A DNA stretch of 64,000 nucleotides from Bdellovibrionales bacterium (GTDB taxonomy: Bacteria > Bdellovibrionota > Bdellovibrionia > Bdellovibrionales > UBA1609), in NCBI GenBank assembly GCA_965199825.1, contig OZ241329.1, forward strand, positions 1,536,001 to 1,600,000. The letters run 5' to 3'. Position 1 is the stretch's first letter; every line of letters starts with the position of its first letter. A model generated the notes under the pieces. The model was not told the DNA's origin. It ran no database searches and saw only the letters and a program-made list of their open reading frames with translations. Positions 9,409 to 19,875 of this stretch are shown one piece after another. Both the position numbers and the translations under genes were made by a program.

Positions 9409-10701
9409 ATGATTATTGCCGTGCTTCTTGGTTTGGCATTTGCGGCTGAGTATACACCTGTTTTATTTACCGACATGAATAGCGACTCTGCGGCCTTTCG
9501 GCCATTGATGGGATCAACCCCCTGGCAGCCGCCGGACTATTCCAAACAACCTGGCGCCTTGGGCTATGGAGCAAACACTTTTCAAATTCCACCGGGAATG
9601 GAAGATCGGGTTCAATTTTGGAAAGAGATTTATGTTCGCTACACCACCGACCAAGGTCTGTTTCACGATAGTCTATATACCAATGTGATGTATGAGCCTG
9701 TCGATTTTGGCGAGATTATGAAAAATTCGAGTTTGAATCTCGCCCAAAAAGAAAAAGCGCGAAGAGCATTTATGGAATCCATTCGCTCATCCATTCGCGA
9801 ACGACTTGTTCGCCTCCAATCTTTAAAAAACAGCAGTGGCCTTGAGGGTGAGGATCTGCGCTACTGGAAGATGTTTGAAAAAATTAACGATCCCGACAAG
9901 TTCAAGTCGGCAAGCGAAGAGGGCCGGCTGCGATTTCAGCTCGGCCAAAAAGATCGATTTATCCAAGGCATTTTTCAGAGTGGGCGCTACCTTTCGCAGA
10001 TGGAACAAATCTTTCGTGAAGAAGGTGTGCCTATCGAACTCACTCGGCTGCCCTTTGTTGAAAGCTCATTTAATCTCAAAGCACGCTCGCGTGTGGGCGC
10101 AAGTGGAGTTTGGCAGTTTATGAAATCTGCGGCTAAACAATATTTGCATATGAGTCTTGCTCTTGATGAACGAAACGATCCTTTAAAGGCCACACGAGCG
10201 GCAGCAAAAAAATTGAGATTCAATTTTCAGATGCTCCAAACCTGGCCCTTGGCGGTCACCGCCTACAATCGGGGACCCTCCGGTGTGAAGCGATTAGTTG
10301 ACGCCAACAAAACCAAGAATCTTTCCGAGCTTTTGAATGTGCGAACCGGTCGGTTTGGTTTTGCATCAGCAAGTTTTTATGCGAGCTTTCTTGCGGCCCT
10401 TGAGACCGAGGCCGAAGCCATCACCCATTACGGAATGATTTATCGAATGTCGGAAATGAAGGGTGGAGATATTGTTCTTAAAAAACCGCTGAATGCCCCA
10501 TTTTTGTTGGGACTTTTTTACGACAACTCCGATATGGCCAGAGACTATAATCCGCATCTGTCGGAGCGATTTTGGAAAAGTAAGACCAATCTGCCGCCAA
10601 AATCATTTATACGTGTGCCACTCGAAAAATATGACGAAGCCCTCGCGGCTCTCGCCCATCCCAACAAAATTCCGATTCGCACCACCACCTCGGCAAGGTA
10701 A
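9409..10701 (+). CDS. Lytic murein transglycosylase, MltD/SLT domain
   Basis: LPFVESSF, ARSRVGASGVWQFM, DERND, AVTAYN. Confidence 0.9.
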   Translation: MIIAVLLGLAFAAEYTPVLFTDMNSDSAAFRPLMGSTPWQPPDYSKQPGALGYGANTFQIPPGMEDRVQFWKEIYVRYTTDQGLFHDSLYTNVMYEPVDFGEIMKNSSLNLAQKEKARRAFMESIRSSIRERLVRLQSLKNSSGLEGEDLRYWKMFEKINDPDKFKSASEEGRLRFQLGQKDRFIQGIFQSGRYLSQMEQIFREEGVPIELTRLPFVESSFNLKARSRVGASGVWQFMKSAAKQYLHMSLALDERNDPLKATRAAAKKLRFNFQMLQTWPLAVTAYNRGPSGVKRLVDANKTKNLSELLNVRTGRFGFASASFYASFLAALETEAEAITHYGMIYRMSEMKGGDIVLKKPLNAPFLLGLFYDNSDMARDYNPHLSERFWKSKTNLPPKSFIRVPLEKYDEALAALAHPNKIPIRTTTSAR

Positions 10702-10729
10702 GGCATCCAGATTGCTTTAATCAGAGATT

Positions 10730-11614
10730 ATGGCAAAAAAAAAGACAGCTAAAAAATCAGGTGGAAAAAAGATCAATCATCGCGGGCTCTGGAGTGGCTC
10801 CATTTCGTTTGGATTGGTCAATGTTCCGGTCGAACTCTACTCGGCCAAAGACGGCGAGCAATTAAAATTCAATATGCTCGATCGCCGTGATCATGCGCGG
10901 ATTGGTTATAAACAAATCAACAAATCGACCAAAAAAGAGATTGCGCGCTCAGATATTGTTAAAGGCTATGAGTATGAAAAAGATCAATATGTGATCATCA
11001 CCGATGAAGATTTTAAGCGAGCCAATGTGAAAGCGACCCAAACTATTGAGATCGAAGATTTTGTTCAGCTTTCCGAAATCGATGTGCTTTATTTTGAAAC
11101 CCCTTATTACGTGGTTCCAAAAAAAGGTGGTGAAAAGGGCTACAGTCTTTTGCGCCAAGTTTTAGAAAAGGGCGAAAAAGCGGGCGTCGGTAAAATTGTG
11201 ATTCACCAAAAGCAACATCTCGGAGCCCTTATCGTTCGCGATAATTATATTGTTTTTGAAATTTTGCGGTTTGCCGATCAAGTTTTAGCATTGAAAAAGG
11301 GCGATGTCTTAGGACACGACATTGCGGAGGCCAAAATCTCCTCTCGTGAAATGCAAATTGCCGAGCAATTGGTCGAGAGCCTCACTTCAAAGTGGGATCC
11401 CGAAAAATATCGCGACACCTATCATGATGATATTTTAAAACTGATAAATAAAAAAATTAAAACCGGCAAGACCACCACCGCATTGACCGAAGAGGATCAA
11501 GCAGTCGAAGAGGATCAATCAAGTTCAACATCGAATGTTGTGGATCTTTCAAGCCTACTCAAAAAAAGTTTGGCTAAAGCTGCTGGTGCCCGAAAAACCA
11601 AAAAACAGGCTTAA
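10730..11614 (+). CDS. ku: Non-homologous end joining protein Ku
   Basis: WSGSISFGLVNVPVELYSA, IVKGYEYEKDQYV, YFETPYYV, WDPEKYRDTY, NVVDL. Confidence 0.95.
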   Translation: MAKKKTAKKSGGKKINHRGLWSGSISFGLVNVPVELYSAKDGEQLKFNMLDRRDHARIGYKQINKSTKKEIARSDIVKGYEYEKDQYVIITDEDFKRANVKATQTIEIEDFVQLSEIDVLYFETPYYVVPKKGGEKGYSLLRQVLEKGEKAGVGKIVIHQKQHLGALIVRDNYIVFEILRFADQVLALKKGDVLGHDIAEAKISSREMQIAEQLVESLTSKWDPEKYRDTYHDDILKLINKKIKTGKTTTALTEEDQAVEEDQSSSTSNVVDLSSLLKKSLAKAAGARKTKKQA

Positions 11615-12399
11615 AGAATTTGGATGGAGTAGCCGGCGGCAATTAAAACCAAAATTGTTCCGCCAAGCAGAATGCGGTAAATTCCAAAGACTTTAAGCCC
11701 ATGCTTTGAAACGTAATCGATAAAAAATCGAATCGCAAAAAGACCCACAACAAAGCTCAAAAGATTTCCCAGCACCAAAATTTTTAATCCATCGCTGGGC
11801 AAATGTGAGGCAAGTTTTAAGGTTTTGATTAAGGTCGCTCCGGTTAGGGTGGGTACGGCTAACAAAAAAGAAAATTCAGCAGCCGATCGGCGGTTGAGCC
11901 CCGCTTTTAATCCGGCAAGAAGTGTTGCAGCACTGCGCGAGACGCCTGGAATAAAGGCAACACACTGACAAAATCCAATAAATAAGCTTTGTTTTGATGA
12001 AAGGGTCTCTACAGTTTGCGACTTTTCGGTGCGCTTGAAATAGGAGTCGGTCACTACGAGTATCACTCCACCGAGAATCAGCGACCATGCGACCACCCGA
12101 ACATCATCGAGCAGTAAATCGATTTTATTTTTGACCAACAAACCGATAACGGCTGCGGGTAAAAATGCGATGATTAATTTTTTATAAAGTTCAATGCTGA
12201 CCAAGAATTTTCGCCAGTACAAAACCACAACCGAGAGGATTGCGCCGAATTGCACAATCACGGTGTAGCCTTTTACAAAATCATCATTTTGGATACCCAT
12301 CAATGCCGAGGTCAAAATTAAGTGACCTGTTGAGGAAATGGGTAAGTATTCGGTTAATCCTTCAACCACCGCCAAAATAAGAGATTGCAGCAGTGTCAT
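11611..12399 (-). CDS. uppP: Undecaprenyl-diphosphate phosphatase
   Basis: EGLTEYLPISSTGH, PGVSRSAAT, AAEFSFLLAVP. Confidence 0.95.
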   Translation of the reverse strand: MTLLQSLILAVVEGLTEYLPISSTGHLILTSALMGIQNDDFVKGYTVIVQFGAILSVVVLYWRKFLVSIELYKKLIIAFLPAAVIGLLVKNKIDLLLDDVRVVAWSLILGGVILVVTDSYFKRTEKSQTVETLSSKQSLFIGFCQCVAFIPGVSRSAATLLAGLKAGLNRRSAAEFSFLLAVPTLTGATLIKTLKLASHLPSDGLKILVLGNLLSFVVGLFAIRFFIDYVSKHGLKVFGIYRILLGGTILVLIAAGYSIQIL

Positions 12400-12920
12400 C
12401 AGTTAATGTTTTGCACTTGGGCGATATAGGGAAGATTGCGGTAAAGACCTTGGTAATCAAGCCCATATCCCACAACAAAATCATTGGCGATTTCGAAACC
12501 CACTTCGTCTAATTCACAAGCCACTTTAAGAGCGTGGGGTTTTAGAAGAAGAGTCAGTGTGGTGAGCGATTTTGGCTCGCGCAATTGAAGATGAGATTTT
12601 AAAAAATTCATTGTTAAACCGGTATCCACAATATCTTCGATCAAAACCACATCTTTGCCAGCGATGGCTGCGGTGAGATCCATGGTGATCTTCACTTCGC
12701 CAGAAGAGTTCATGGTGTTGCCATAACTTGAGCATCCGATAAATTCGCAAGCCACATCGGCTTCGAGTTCGCGAATCAAATCGGCATAAAAAATAAATGA
12801 ACCTTTTAAGACACAGACCGCAACAACTTTGGAGCTCTTCATTTTTTTATTTAAAGAGGCGCCCATTTCGCGTACCCGTTTTTTGATTTGTTCTTCGGTA
12901 ATCAAAGGATTCAAATTCAT
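12399..12920 (-). CDS. hpt: Hypoxanthine phosphoribosyltransferase
   Basis: VLKGSFIF, VLIEDIVDTGLT, FVVGYGLDY..YRNLPYI; start set to ATG 12920. Confidence 0.95.
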   Translation of the reverse strand: MNLNPLITEEQIKKRVREMGASLNKKMKSSKVVAVCVLKGSFIFYADLIRELEADVACEFIGCSSYGNTMNSSGEVKITMDLTAAIAGKDVVLIEDIVDTGLTMNFLKSHLQLREPKSLTTLTLLLKPHALKVACELDEVGFEIANDFVVGYGLDYQGLYRNLPYIAQVQNIN

Positions 12921-13015
12921 TGCAATCACAATTGCTCCTTTCGAAGGAGCAATCAATATCAGATTCTCCTTTAAAGATTCGAAGTCTGCCGCAGCCCCTT
13001 ATTCAAATCAAGGCT

Positions 13016-13927
13016 CTAGTGAAACTGCAAAATAAAAACGACTTCGTTTAAATTTTGCTGAAATGCGGTGGATCCCAAAACCGCAAAGGGTGTCTTTGCC
13101 AAATCGGCCGGCTGCGCGGGTATGGCAATGCCATTTGGAATCAGACCAATCACCATAATCGATTGATCTGGCGAGCTCACCACCGTTTCATCCATTCTTA
13201 AAGTGAGCGGTTGAGACTCATTGGATTTTTGAAAGCCGATCAACTGAGCTGTGAGATGAGTCGAAAAATTTTGTTCAACCGGATGGGCCATGGGCTGACC
13301 CACGTCAAACTTCAAACCCACTTCACTGCTCCGAGCGGGAAGAATAAATTGAAAGTGCGAATCCTTAAATGGAACAAGTTGTGCCGAGCCCGGAAGTTCG
13401 CGCACGCGCTGAAGGATTTTAAGCTTTTCGGAATCTACCGTAAACACTTGCAGGGTGGGTAGGACCGAAACACTATGAGCCTCGCGCAATAAACTAGCCA
13501 GAATGTCTTTTGAAACTTCAAAAAAGAGAGCATCCACTGTGTCGGGTAATTTCACTGTTGAATGCACACTGGGCGGAGTTTCCTCGGTGACCGAAGGAAG
13601 ATCTTCGTATTCGGGCTCATCAGAAATATCTTCCACATGACTCACTGTTTTAATAGGCGTCGTTTGGGTTTGTGGTTGAGCTTGCAGCGGAGCTTGAGAT
13701 GTCACAGGGATCATGGGGGCATCAATAATTTTTGTTTGTCTGTGGAATAAGAAATAAATAAAAAGGATGACGATTGCCAAAGACAATGAGGCCTGAAACA
13801 GCGGAGATCTAAAAACTCGCAATAGAATTGGACGCTTTTTTGGCGTGAAGTTTTGGATGTCTAATCCACAACTTGCGCAGTAGCGATCCGAAGGCTGAAT
13901 AAATCCACACCGAGGACATTCAATCAT
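13016..13927 (-). CDS. Hypothetical membrane-anchored protein with N-terminal zinc ribbon
   Basis: MIECPRCG...YCASCG then one TM and a Pro/Gln-rich linker; start set to ATG 13927 to avoid overlap with rsmH. Confidence 0.7.
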   Translation of the reverse strand: MIECPRCGFIQPSDRYCASCGLDIQNFTPKKRPILLRVFRSPLFQASLSLAIVILFIYFLFHRQTKIIDAPMIPVTSQAPLQAQPQTQTTPIKTVSHVEDISDEPEYEDLPSVTEETPPSVHSTVKLPDTVDALFFEVSKDILASLLREAHSVSVLPTLQVFTVDSEKLKILQRVRELPGSAQLVPFKDSHFQFILPARSSEVGLKFDVGQPMAHPVEQNFSTHLTAQLIGFQKSNESQPLTLRMDETVVSSPDQSIMVIGLIPNGIAIPAQPADLAKTPFAVLGSTAFQQNLNEVVFILQFH

Positions 13928-13955
13928 TGAAAAAAATCGTAGCAGCAATAGTGAC

Positions 13956-14837
13956 TTGACGCAAACACCCCTGTCACTCCACATTGAGCGCGTGCATATA
14001 CCAGTTTTGTTGGAAGACGTTTTACAGTTTTGTGCTATTGAGCCGCAAACTTTGCTTGATGCGACTTTTGGTCGCGGCGGCCATACCAGAGCTCTTCTTG
14101 ATAAATTTCCCGATCTCAAAGTTGTGGGTTTAGATCGAGATTTAGCAGCTATCAAATTTGGTCAAAGCCACTTTCCACAAGTTGAATTTGTTCATACCGA
14201 TTTTCTTAATTTTAAAACCGATCAGACTTTTGATTTGATCTTACTTGATCTTGGTGTGAGCTCTCCTCAGCTTGATGAAGCCCATCGCGGTTTTAGTTTT
14301 TATCACAGTGGTCCACTCGATATGCGAATGGACAGCTCACAAGGTATCACCGCTGCAGAAGTGGTGAACACCTATGACGAGCAGGCCCTCAAGGATTTAT
14401 TTTTTCATCTCGGTGAAGTTCGTAAACCTGCGCGGGTGGTCCAGCGTATTTTAGAGCATCGACCATTTACCACGACCACACAGTTGAGTGAGTTGATCGA
14501 AAAGACCGAAGGGTGGAGGCGGCGTGGACAACATCCGGCCACCCAATATTTTCTAGCCCTTCGTCTAGAGGTGAATCAAGAACTCAAGCAAGTGGAGCTC
14601 GCGGTGCCCGCTCTGGTCGAAAAATTAAACGACCAAGGTCGTATTTTGGTTATCACCTTTCACTCACTTGAAGACCGTATCGTAAAATATATTTTTCGTA
14701 ATTCGGTACTTGGACGGCCAGTAAATAAAAAGGTGGTTCAGGCCAAGTGGAGCGAACAAAAGATTAATCCTCGGGCAAGAAGTGCTAAGCTAAGGGTCTT
14801 TGAGAGGAGATTTGATCATGAAGAGACAACGCCTTAA
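13956..14837 (+). CDS. rsmH: 16S rRNA m4C1402 methyltransferase
   Basis: HIPVLL, DATFGRGGH, DLGVSSPQLD, PLDMRM, FHSLEDRIVK, NPRARSAKLR; true start may be GTG 13992. Confidence 0.96.
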   Translation: MTQTPLSLHIERVHIPVLLEDVLQFCAIEPQTLLDATFGRGGHTRALLDKFPDLKVVGLDRDLAAIKFGQSHFPQVEFVHTDFLNFKTDQTFDLILLDLGVSSPQLDEAHRGFSFYHSGPLDMRMDSSQGITAAEVVNTYDEQALKDLFFHLGEVRKPARVVQRILEHRPFTTTTQLSELIEKTEGWRRRGQHPATQYFLALRLEVNQELKQVELAVPALVEKLNDQGRILVITFHSLEDRIVKYIFRNSVLGRPVNKKVVQAKWSEQKINPRARSAKLRVFERRFDHEETTP

Positions 14838-15117
14838 AGATCTTGAACCGTTTTTGAGTTTACTGTTTGTGGTGGCCACGCTTTTTTCATTCGTATTTGT
14901 AAAAATTGAGCTGCGTCGCATGGGCTATGCGGTTTTAAAAGAAACTCGCCAATATAAATTATTGCGGGATGAGCACCGCAGTCTCACCATCGAATATGCC
15001 AAGCGAACAACTCCTGAGCGTGTGCAACACATTGCGGTCAATCAGCTGACAATGAATCGTGCAAAAATGGGCCAGATCATTCAACTCACAGGGCAAAGGT
15101 TAGCTGTTCCACAATGA
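14818..15117 (+). CDS. ftsL: Cell division protein FtsL-like
   Basis: Single TM plus coiled coil, located between rsmH and ftsI. Confidence 0.7.
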   Translation: MKRQRLKDLEPFLSLLFVVATLFSFVFVKIELRRMGYAVLKETRQYKLLRDEHRSLTIEYAKRTTPERVQHIAVNQLTMNRAKMGQIIQLTGQRLAVPQ

Positions 15118-17039
15118 AGAATCGCATTGCGGTTGTCTTTTTATTTGTCTCGATCTGTTGGAGTCTTTTATTTTTGCGCGGAATGTTTGTTCAAATCTGG
15201 CCACAAAAGCGTTTGAACGAATTAAAATCTCGATTGTTCGAAACCACAATCGAGATTCCGGCACGACGTGGGCTGATCCTTGACCGCGATGGAAAAGAAC
15301 TCGCGGTCAGTGTTAATGGTCATGGTTTATTTGCAGATCCCCATCTGATTCCTAATCGCAAAGTGGTGGCGCCAAAGATCGCCAAACTTTTAAAAATTTC
15401 TAAAACCGAAGTTTTGCAAAAATTAAAAGACACATCAAAACGTTTTATCTGGCTCAAACGGGGTTTGAGTGATGAGCAAAAATTTGCGGTGGAACAGCTC
15501 AAAATTCGCGGTCTTGGTTTTATCGAAGAACCAAGGCGTGTGTATCCTCAAGATCATTTGGCTTCGCAAATTTTGGGATTTGTTGGTGCAGACGGACGAG
15601 GGCTCGAAGGTTTAGAACTGCAACTCGATGAAAAATTGCGGGGTCAATCTCGCCGTGTGCTTTTGCCGCGCGATGCTCGTGGTCGGCCCTTGCTCCAAGA
15701 TGGTCACGCGCTGACCGATGTGCCCGATGGCTCAAGTGTCACGCTCACTCTAGATTCCGAGCTTCAGTACGCTTTAGAAAGTGAACTCGAAACCGCAACA
15801 CGGCTTCATAAAGCAAAAGGTGCGGTGGGTGTGGTCCTTGATGCCCAAACTTCAGAAATTTTGGCTTTAGCCCATGTTCCCTTGGTGGATTCAAATCACG
15901 CATTTAAGGAAAATCCCGAAGATCGGCGCGGCCGTGCGGTGACCGATGCGTTCGAACCGGGAAGCACCTTAAAGCCTTTTGTAATTGCGGCTGCTCTCCA
16001 TGAGAGAACAATTAAGCCTGGAACAAAAATTGATTGTGAGGGCGGAAAATTGAGCGTGGGTGGACATCTGATCACCGAAGCCGAGGCCACTCATCAATTT
16101 CGTGTTCTCACGGTCAGTGAAATTTTAGCCGCAAGTTCAAATGTCGGCATGGCAAAAATTGGCTTAGGGCTTGGAGCCGAGCGCTTAAGAAATTTTTTGG
16201 ATTTATTTGGATTTGGTCATTCTACCGGTGTTGAATTTCCGGGTGAATCAAGAGGTGTTTTGTTGCCGCTACCCTGGCGGCCACATCTTTTGAGTAATAT
16301 TGCATTTGGCCAAGGCATCACGGTAACGCCTCTTCAATTGGCTCAAGCCTATGCTGCAATTGCCAACGGTGGATTTTTGCGCAAACCCTCGATCATCAAG
16401 TCGGTGCAAAATTTCGAGCGCGGCGAAGTGTTGGATTTTAAATTGCCACAAAGTATTCGCGTACTCACTCCGCAAGAGGCTTCGATTCTCACCTATATGC
16501 TCACCTCGGCAACAAGTGCACAAGGCACCGGATTTAATGCGCGCATTCCTGGATTTCCGGTGGCGGGTAAAACCGGAACTGCACAAAAAATTGATGCGGG
16601 CCGTGGGCTTTACAAAAAAGATTCCTACATTGCAAGTTTTGCGGGTTTTGTTCCCGCACATGATCCGCGTTTTGTGATTTACATTGCGGTTGATGAACCA
16701 AAAAATGGCTACTATGCTTCACAAACGGCAGCGCCGGTATTTTCAAAAATTGCTCAGTATGCGGTACGCAAAAAAGGATTGATCCCTGTGCTTATCGAAA
16801 ACAAAAATGTATTGGCATCCGCCATCGAGCAGCCCCTGGTCAAAACTCCAGAGATGGCTCGCGGATTGGTGCCTCAATTTATGGGGCTGACCCTTCGCGA
16901 AGTTTATCAAAAATCATATGGTCTGCCGCTGCGATTTGATGTGCATGGATCAGGCGTGGTCGCACGCACCGTGCCCGAAGCCGGGCAAAGTTTGCCGCCA
17001 ACTGCAAGGGTCAAACTGATCTTACAGAAAACTGAGTAA
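15114..17039 (+). CDS. ftsI: Class B PBP (FtsI/PBP3) with C-terminal PASTA domain
   Basis: RGLILDRDG, EPGSTLK, SSNVG, GKTGTAQK; dcw position. Confidence 0.93.
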   Translation: MKNRIAVVFLFVSICWSLLFLRGMFVQIWPQKRLNELKSRLFETTIEIPARRGLILDRDGKELAVSVNGHGLFADPHLIPNRKVVAPKIAKLLKISKTEVLQKLKDTSKRFIWLKRGLSDEQKFAVEQLKIRGLGFIEEPRRVYPQDHLASQILGFVGADGRGLEGLELQLDEKLRGQSRRVLLPRDARGRPLLQDGHALTDVPDGSSVTLTLDSELQYALESELETATRLHKAKGAVGVVLDAQTSEILALAHVPLVDSNHAFKENPEDRRGRAVTDAFEPGSTLKPFVIAAALHERTIKPGTKIDCEGGKLSVGGHLITEAEATHQFRVLTVSEILAASSNVGMAKIGLGLGAERLRNFLDLFGFGHSTGVEFPGESRGVLLPLPWRPHLLSNIAFGQGITVTPLQLAQAYAAIANGGFLRKPSIIKSVQNFERGEVLDFKLPQSIRVLTPQEASILTYMLTSATSAQGTGFNARIPGFPVAGKTGTAQKIDAGRGLYKKDSYIASFAGFVPAHDPRFVIYIAVDEPKNGYYASQTAAPVFSKIAQYAVRKKGLIPVLIENKNVLASAIEQPLVKTPEMARGLVPQFMGLTLREVYQKSYGLPLRFDVHGSGVVARTVPEAGQSLPPTARVKLILQKTE

Positions 17040-18491
17040 ATGAAATTAGTTGAGTTGTTTGCCATCTTTAAGCAATGGAAAATGGGCGATCACTGGGATA
17101 AAACTGTGGCCTTGCTTTCAACCGATTCAAAAAGCTGTGATGACAAAAGTGTGTTTATTGCGGTCAAAGGAAGCAGCAGCGACGGCCACCTGTTTTTAAA
17201 TGAAGTCTGTGATAAAAATCCTATAGGTATTGTGGTTCAAAAAGAGAGTTCAGTTCCCAACTCCTATCGCGGTGCTGTGGTCGAAGTCGATTCCACGCGA
17301 GAAGTTTTGGCGGTTCTTGCTTCAAGATTTTATCATGCGCCAAGCGATAAACTTCTTAGCTTTGGGGTCACGGGAACAAATGGCAAAACAAGCGTGACCC
17401 TGATGCTCGAAAAAATTTTGAATGACCATAAAGGTCCAACTGGAGTGGTCGGAACCATTGATCACCATCTTTTAAATAAAGTGTGGGACACACATCTCAC
17501 CACTCCCGACGTGATCACACTACAAAAACGTTTGAGCGATTTTGTTGAGATGGGTGCCAAAAATTTTGTGGGCGAAGTCTCATCTCATGCTTTAAAGCAG
17601 GGCCGATGTGACGGAATTCATTTTAACGTGGCGATCTTTACAAATCTCACTCGTGACCATCTTGATTATCATAAAGATTTTGATGACTATTTTCTATCTA
17701 AACAAAAACTATTTTTAGAAGGTTTAGAAAATTCAAAAAATCCGGTGGCGATCATCAATACCGACGACGAAGCCGGGGCTCAGCTAAAAATTTCGACGCG
17801 CGCAAAGGTAATCACTTATGGTCAAAACGACCAAACCTTTTCATTTCGAGTTTTAAAGCTGGGTTTAACCTCGACCGTATTTGAAGTTCAAAACACTCTT
17901 ATTGAGGTGCCCCTCGTAGGATTGCACAACGTTTACAATTGTGTGGCCGCCTTGGCCGCAAGTGTTGCGGTGGGTCTCTCATTAAACGATGCAGCCCAAT
18001 CTTTAAAAAATTTTGCTGGAGTGGCGGGTCGACTCGAGCGCGTCCCGACATCAAAAGAGTGTCATGTGTTTGTCGATTACGCTCACACTCCCGATGCTCT
18101 CGAAAAAGTTCTTGAAGGCCTCAAAGCGGTTGCACAAAAACGAATCCTTACGGTGTTTGGGTGCGGCGGTGATCGCGACCAAGGCAAAAGACCTTTGATG
18201 ACCAAAGCAGCACTCCAATTTTCGGATGTGGTGATTTTAACTTCAGATAATCCACGCACCGAAGATCCAATGACCATCATCAAAGATTGTCTTAGTGGAA
18301 TTACGAGCGAGGTGATCATCGAGGTGGACCGCAAAAAAGCGATCCATCAGGCTCTTCAAATGGCCAATAAAAATGATGTGGTGTTGATTGCGGGCAAAGG
18401 CCATGAGCAATATCAAATCATCGGCAAAACGCGCCATCCTTTTTCGGATGTGCAAGTGGCAAAGGAATTTGGTCATGAAATGGACGCGTGA
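17040..18491 (+). CDS. murE: UDP-MurNAc-tripeptide synthetase
   Basis: GVTGTNGKTS, EVSSHAL, NLTRDHLDYH, VDYAHTPD, DNPR (mDAP-type), AGKGHE. Confidence 0.96.
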   Translation: MKLVELFAIFKQWKMGDHWDKTVALLSTDSKSCDDKSVFIAVKGSSSDGHLFLNEVCDKNPIGIVVQKESSVPNSYRGAVVEVDSTREVLAVLASRFYHAPSDKLLSFGVTGTNGKTSVTLMLEKILNDHKGPTGVVGTIDHHLLNKVWDTHLTTPDVITLQKRLSDFVEMGAKNFVGEVSSHALKQGRCDGIHFNVAIFTNLTRDHLDYHKDFDDYFLSKQKLFLEGLENSKNPVAIINTDDEAGAQLKISTRAKVITYGQNDQTFSFRVLKLGLTSTVFEVQNTLIEVPLVGLHNVYNCVAALAASVAVGLSLNDAAQSLKNFAGVAGRLERVPTSKECHVFVDYAHTPDALEKVLEGLKAVAQKRILTVFGCGGDRDQGKRPLMTKAALQFSDVVILTSDNPRTEDPMTIIKDCLSGITSEVIIEVDRKKAIHQALQMANKNDVVLIAGKGHEQYQIIGKTRHPFSDVQVAKEFGHEMDA

Positions 18492-19875
18492 TGAAATCAT
18501 CAAGGCAACCGGTGCAAAACTATTGTCTTCTGCTGGTGAGCAATTTGATGGCATCAGCACTGACTCCCGCCAAAATCTAAATCAAACACTTTTTGTTGCC
18601 CTCAAAGGAGATGCCTTTGATGCACATGAGTTTTTGGAGCAAGCTCTCGAGCAGGGGGCCGCTGGAATTTTGATCCACGACCAAAAAAAACTAAATCCTG
18701 ATTTACTCAAACGAGCCACCGTATTTTTGGTCGACGACACTCTCACCGCGCTTGGCGATCTTGCCCACTTTTATCGTAAGAAATGTAAATTCAAAGTGAT
18801 TGGGATTACGGGATCGAACGGTAAAACCACAACCAAAGAATTTGCCCGCGAAATATTGGGTTCGTCATTTAAGGTTCATGCCAGTCGCGGAAGTTTTAAT
18901 AATCATTGGGGGGTGCCACTCACTCTGCTTTCTGCACCCGAGGATAGCGAAATTGTGATTCAAGAAATGGGCATGAATCATGTGGGTGAGTTAAAAAATC
19001 TTGCGCGCATTGCCGAGCCGGATGTGGTGTTGGTCACCATGGTGGGCCGTGCTCATATTGGAGAATTGGGTTCGCAAAAGATTGTGGCTCAAGCCAAGGA
19101 AGAAATCTATCTTGCGTGCCCCAATGCCCAAGCGATTTACAATTTGGATAATGAATGGACTCTCGACATGTTTTCAAGAAAGGGATCGCGCCCAAGGGTG
19201 ATCACTTTCTCATGCTTTAATGACAAAGCTGATGTGATGCTTCGGGCCACCCACATTCATCTTGATAGCTTAAAAGTGGTTGGCAGGATCAAAGATTTTG
19301 CGGTTGAGGCCGACATCATGGTGTCAGGCCGACAGCATCTTACCAATATTATGGCGGCCATTGCGATTGGTCTTGCTTGTGAGATGAAGCCCGATGCCAT
19401 TGCCAAACAACTTTTTGGTTTAAAAACAATTTGGGGACGCGGTCAGATTTTAAATCATACCTCAGGCGCAAAAGTTTTATTCGATGGCTACAATTCTAAC
19501 CCCGACAGTTGCTCGGCACTTTTGCGAAGCCTTTTAGAGATCGAAGTCTCGGGCCAGAAGATTGCGATTCTTGGCGAGATGCTTGAGCTTGGCGAATTCG
19601 CAAGTGCCGCCCATCATGATTTAGGTGAACTTGCAGCCGGTGTGGGATTTAGTCAAATTTGGTTTATCGGACCGCATGCTGCAGATTTTGAAAAAGGTTT
19701 GATCGCCGCCAAATCAAAGTCAGAATTATTCTCGAGCCCTCAGTTTGAGGACTCGATCGCATCCCAAATAGCCAAAAATTTAAAGCCGAATGATATTGTC
19801 GTGATCAAAGGGTCACGCGGTGTAAAAATGGAAAAAGTTTTGGAGAGCTGGAAAATTTCAGCACCAAAACCTTAA
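18475..19875 (+). CDS. murF: UDP-MurNAc-tripeptide--D-Ala-D-Ala ligase
   Basis: GITGSNGKTTTKE, SFNNHWGVP, EMGMNH, DGYNSNP, GEMLELG, KGSRG; start at ATG 18475. Confidence 0.96.
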   Translation: MKWTRDEIIKATGAKLLSSAGEQFDGISTDSRQNLNQTLFVALKGDAFDAHEFLEQALEQGAAGILIHDQKKLNPDLLKRATVFLVDDTLTALGDLAHFYRKKCKFKVIGITGSNGKTTTKEFAREILGSSFKVHASRGSFNNHWGVPLTLLSAPEDSEIVIQEMGMNHVGELKNLARIAEPDVVLVTMVGRAHIGELGSQKIVAQAKEEIYLACPNAQAIYNLDNEWTLDMFSRKGSRPRVITFSCFNDKADVMLRATHIHLDSLKVVGRIKDFAVEADIMVSGRQHLTNIMAAIAIGLACEMKPDAIAKQLFGLKTIWGRGQILNHTSGAKVLFDGYNSNPDSCSALLRSLLEIEVSGQKIAILGEMLELGEFASAAHHDLGELAAGVGFSQIWFIGPHAADFEKGLIAAKSKSELFSSPQFEDSIASQIAKNLKPNDIVVIKGSRGVKMEKVLESWKISAPKP

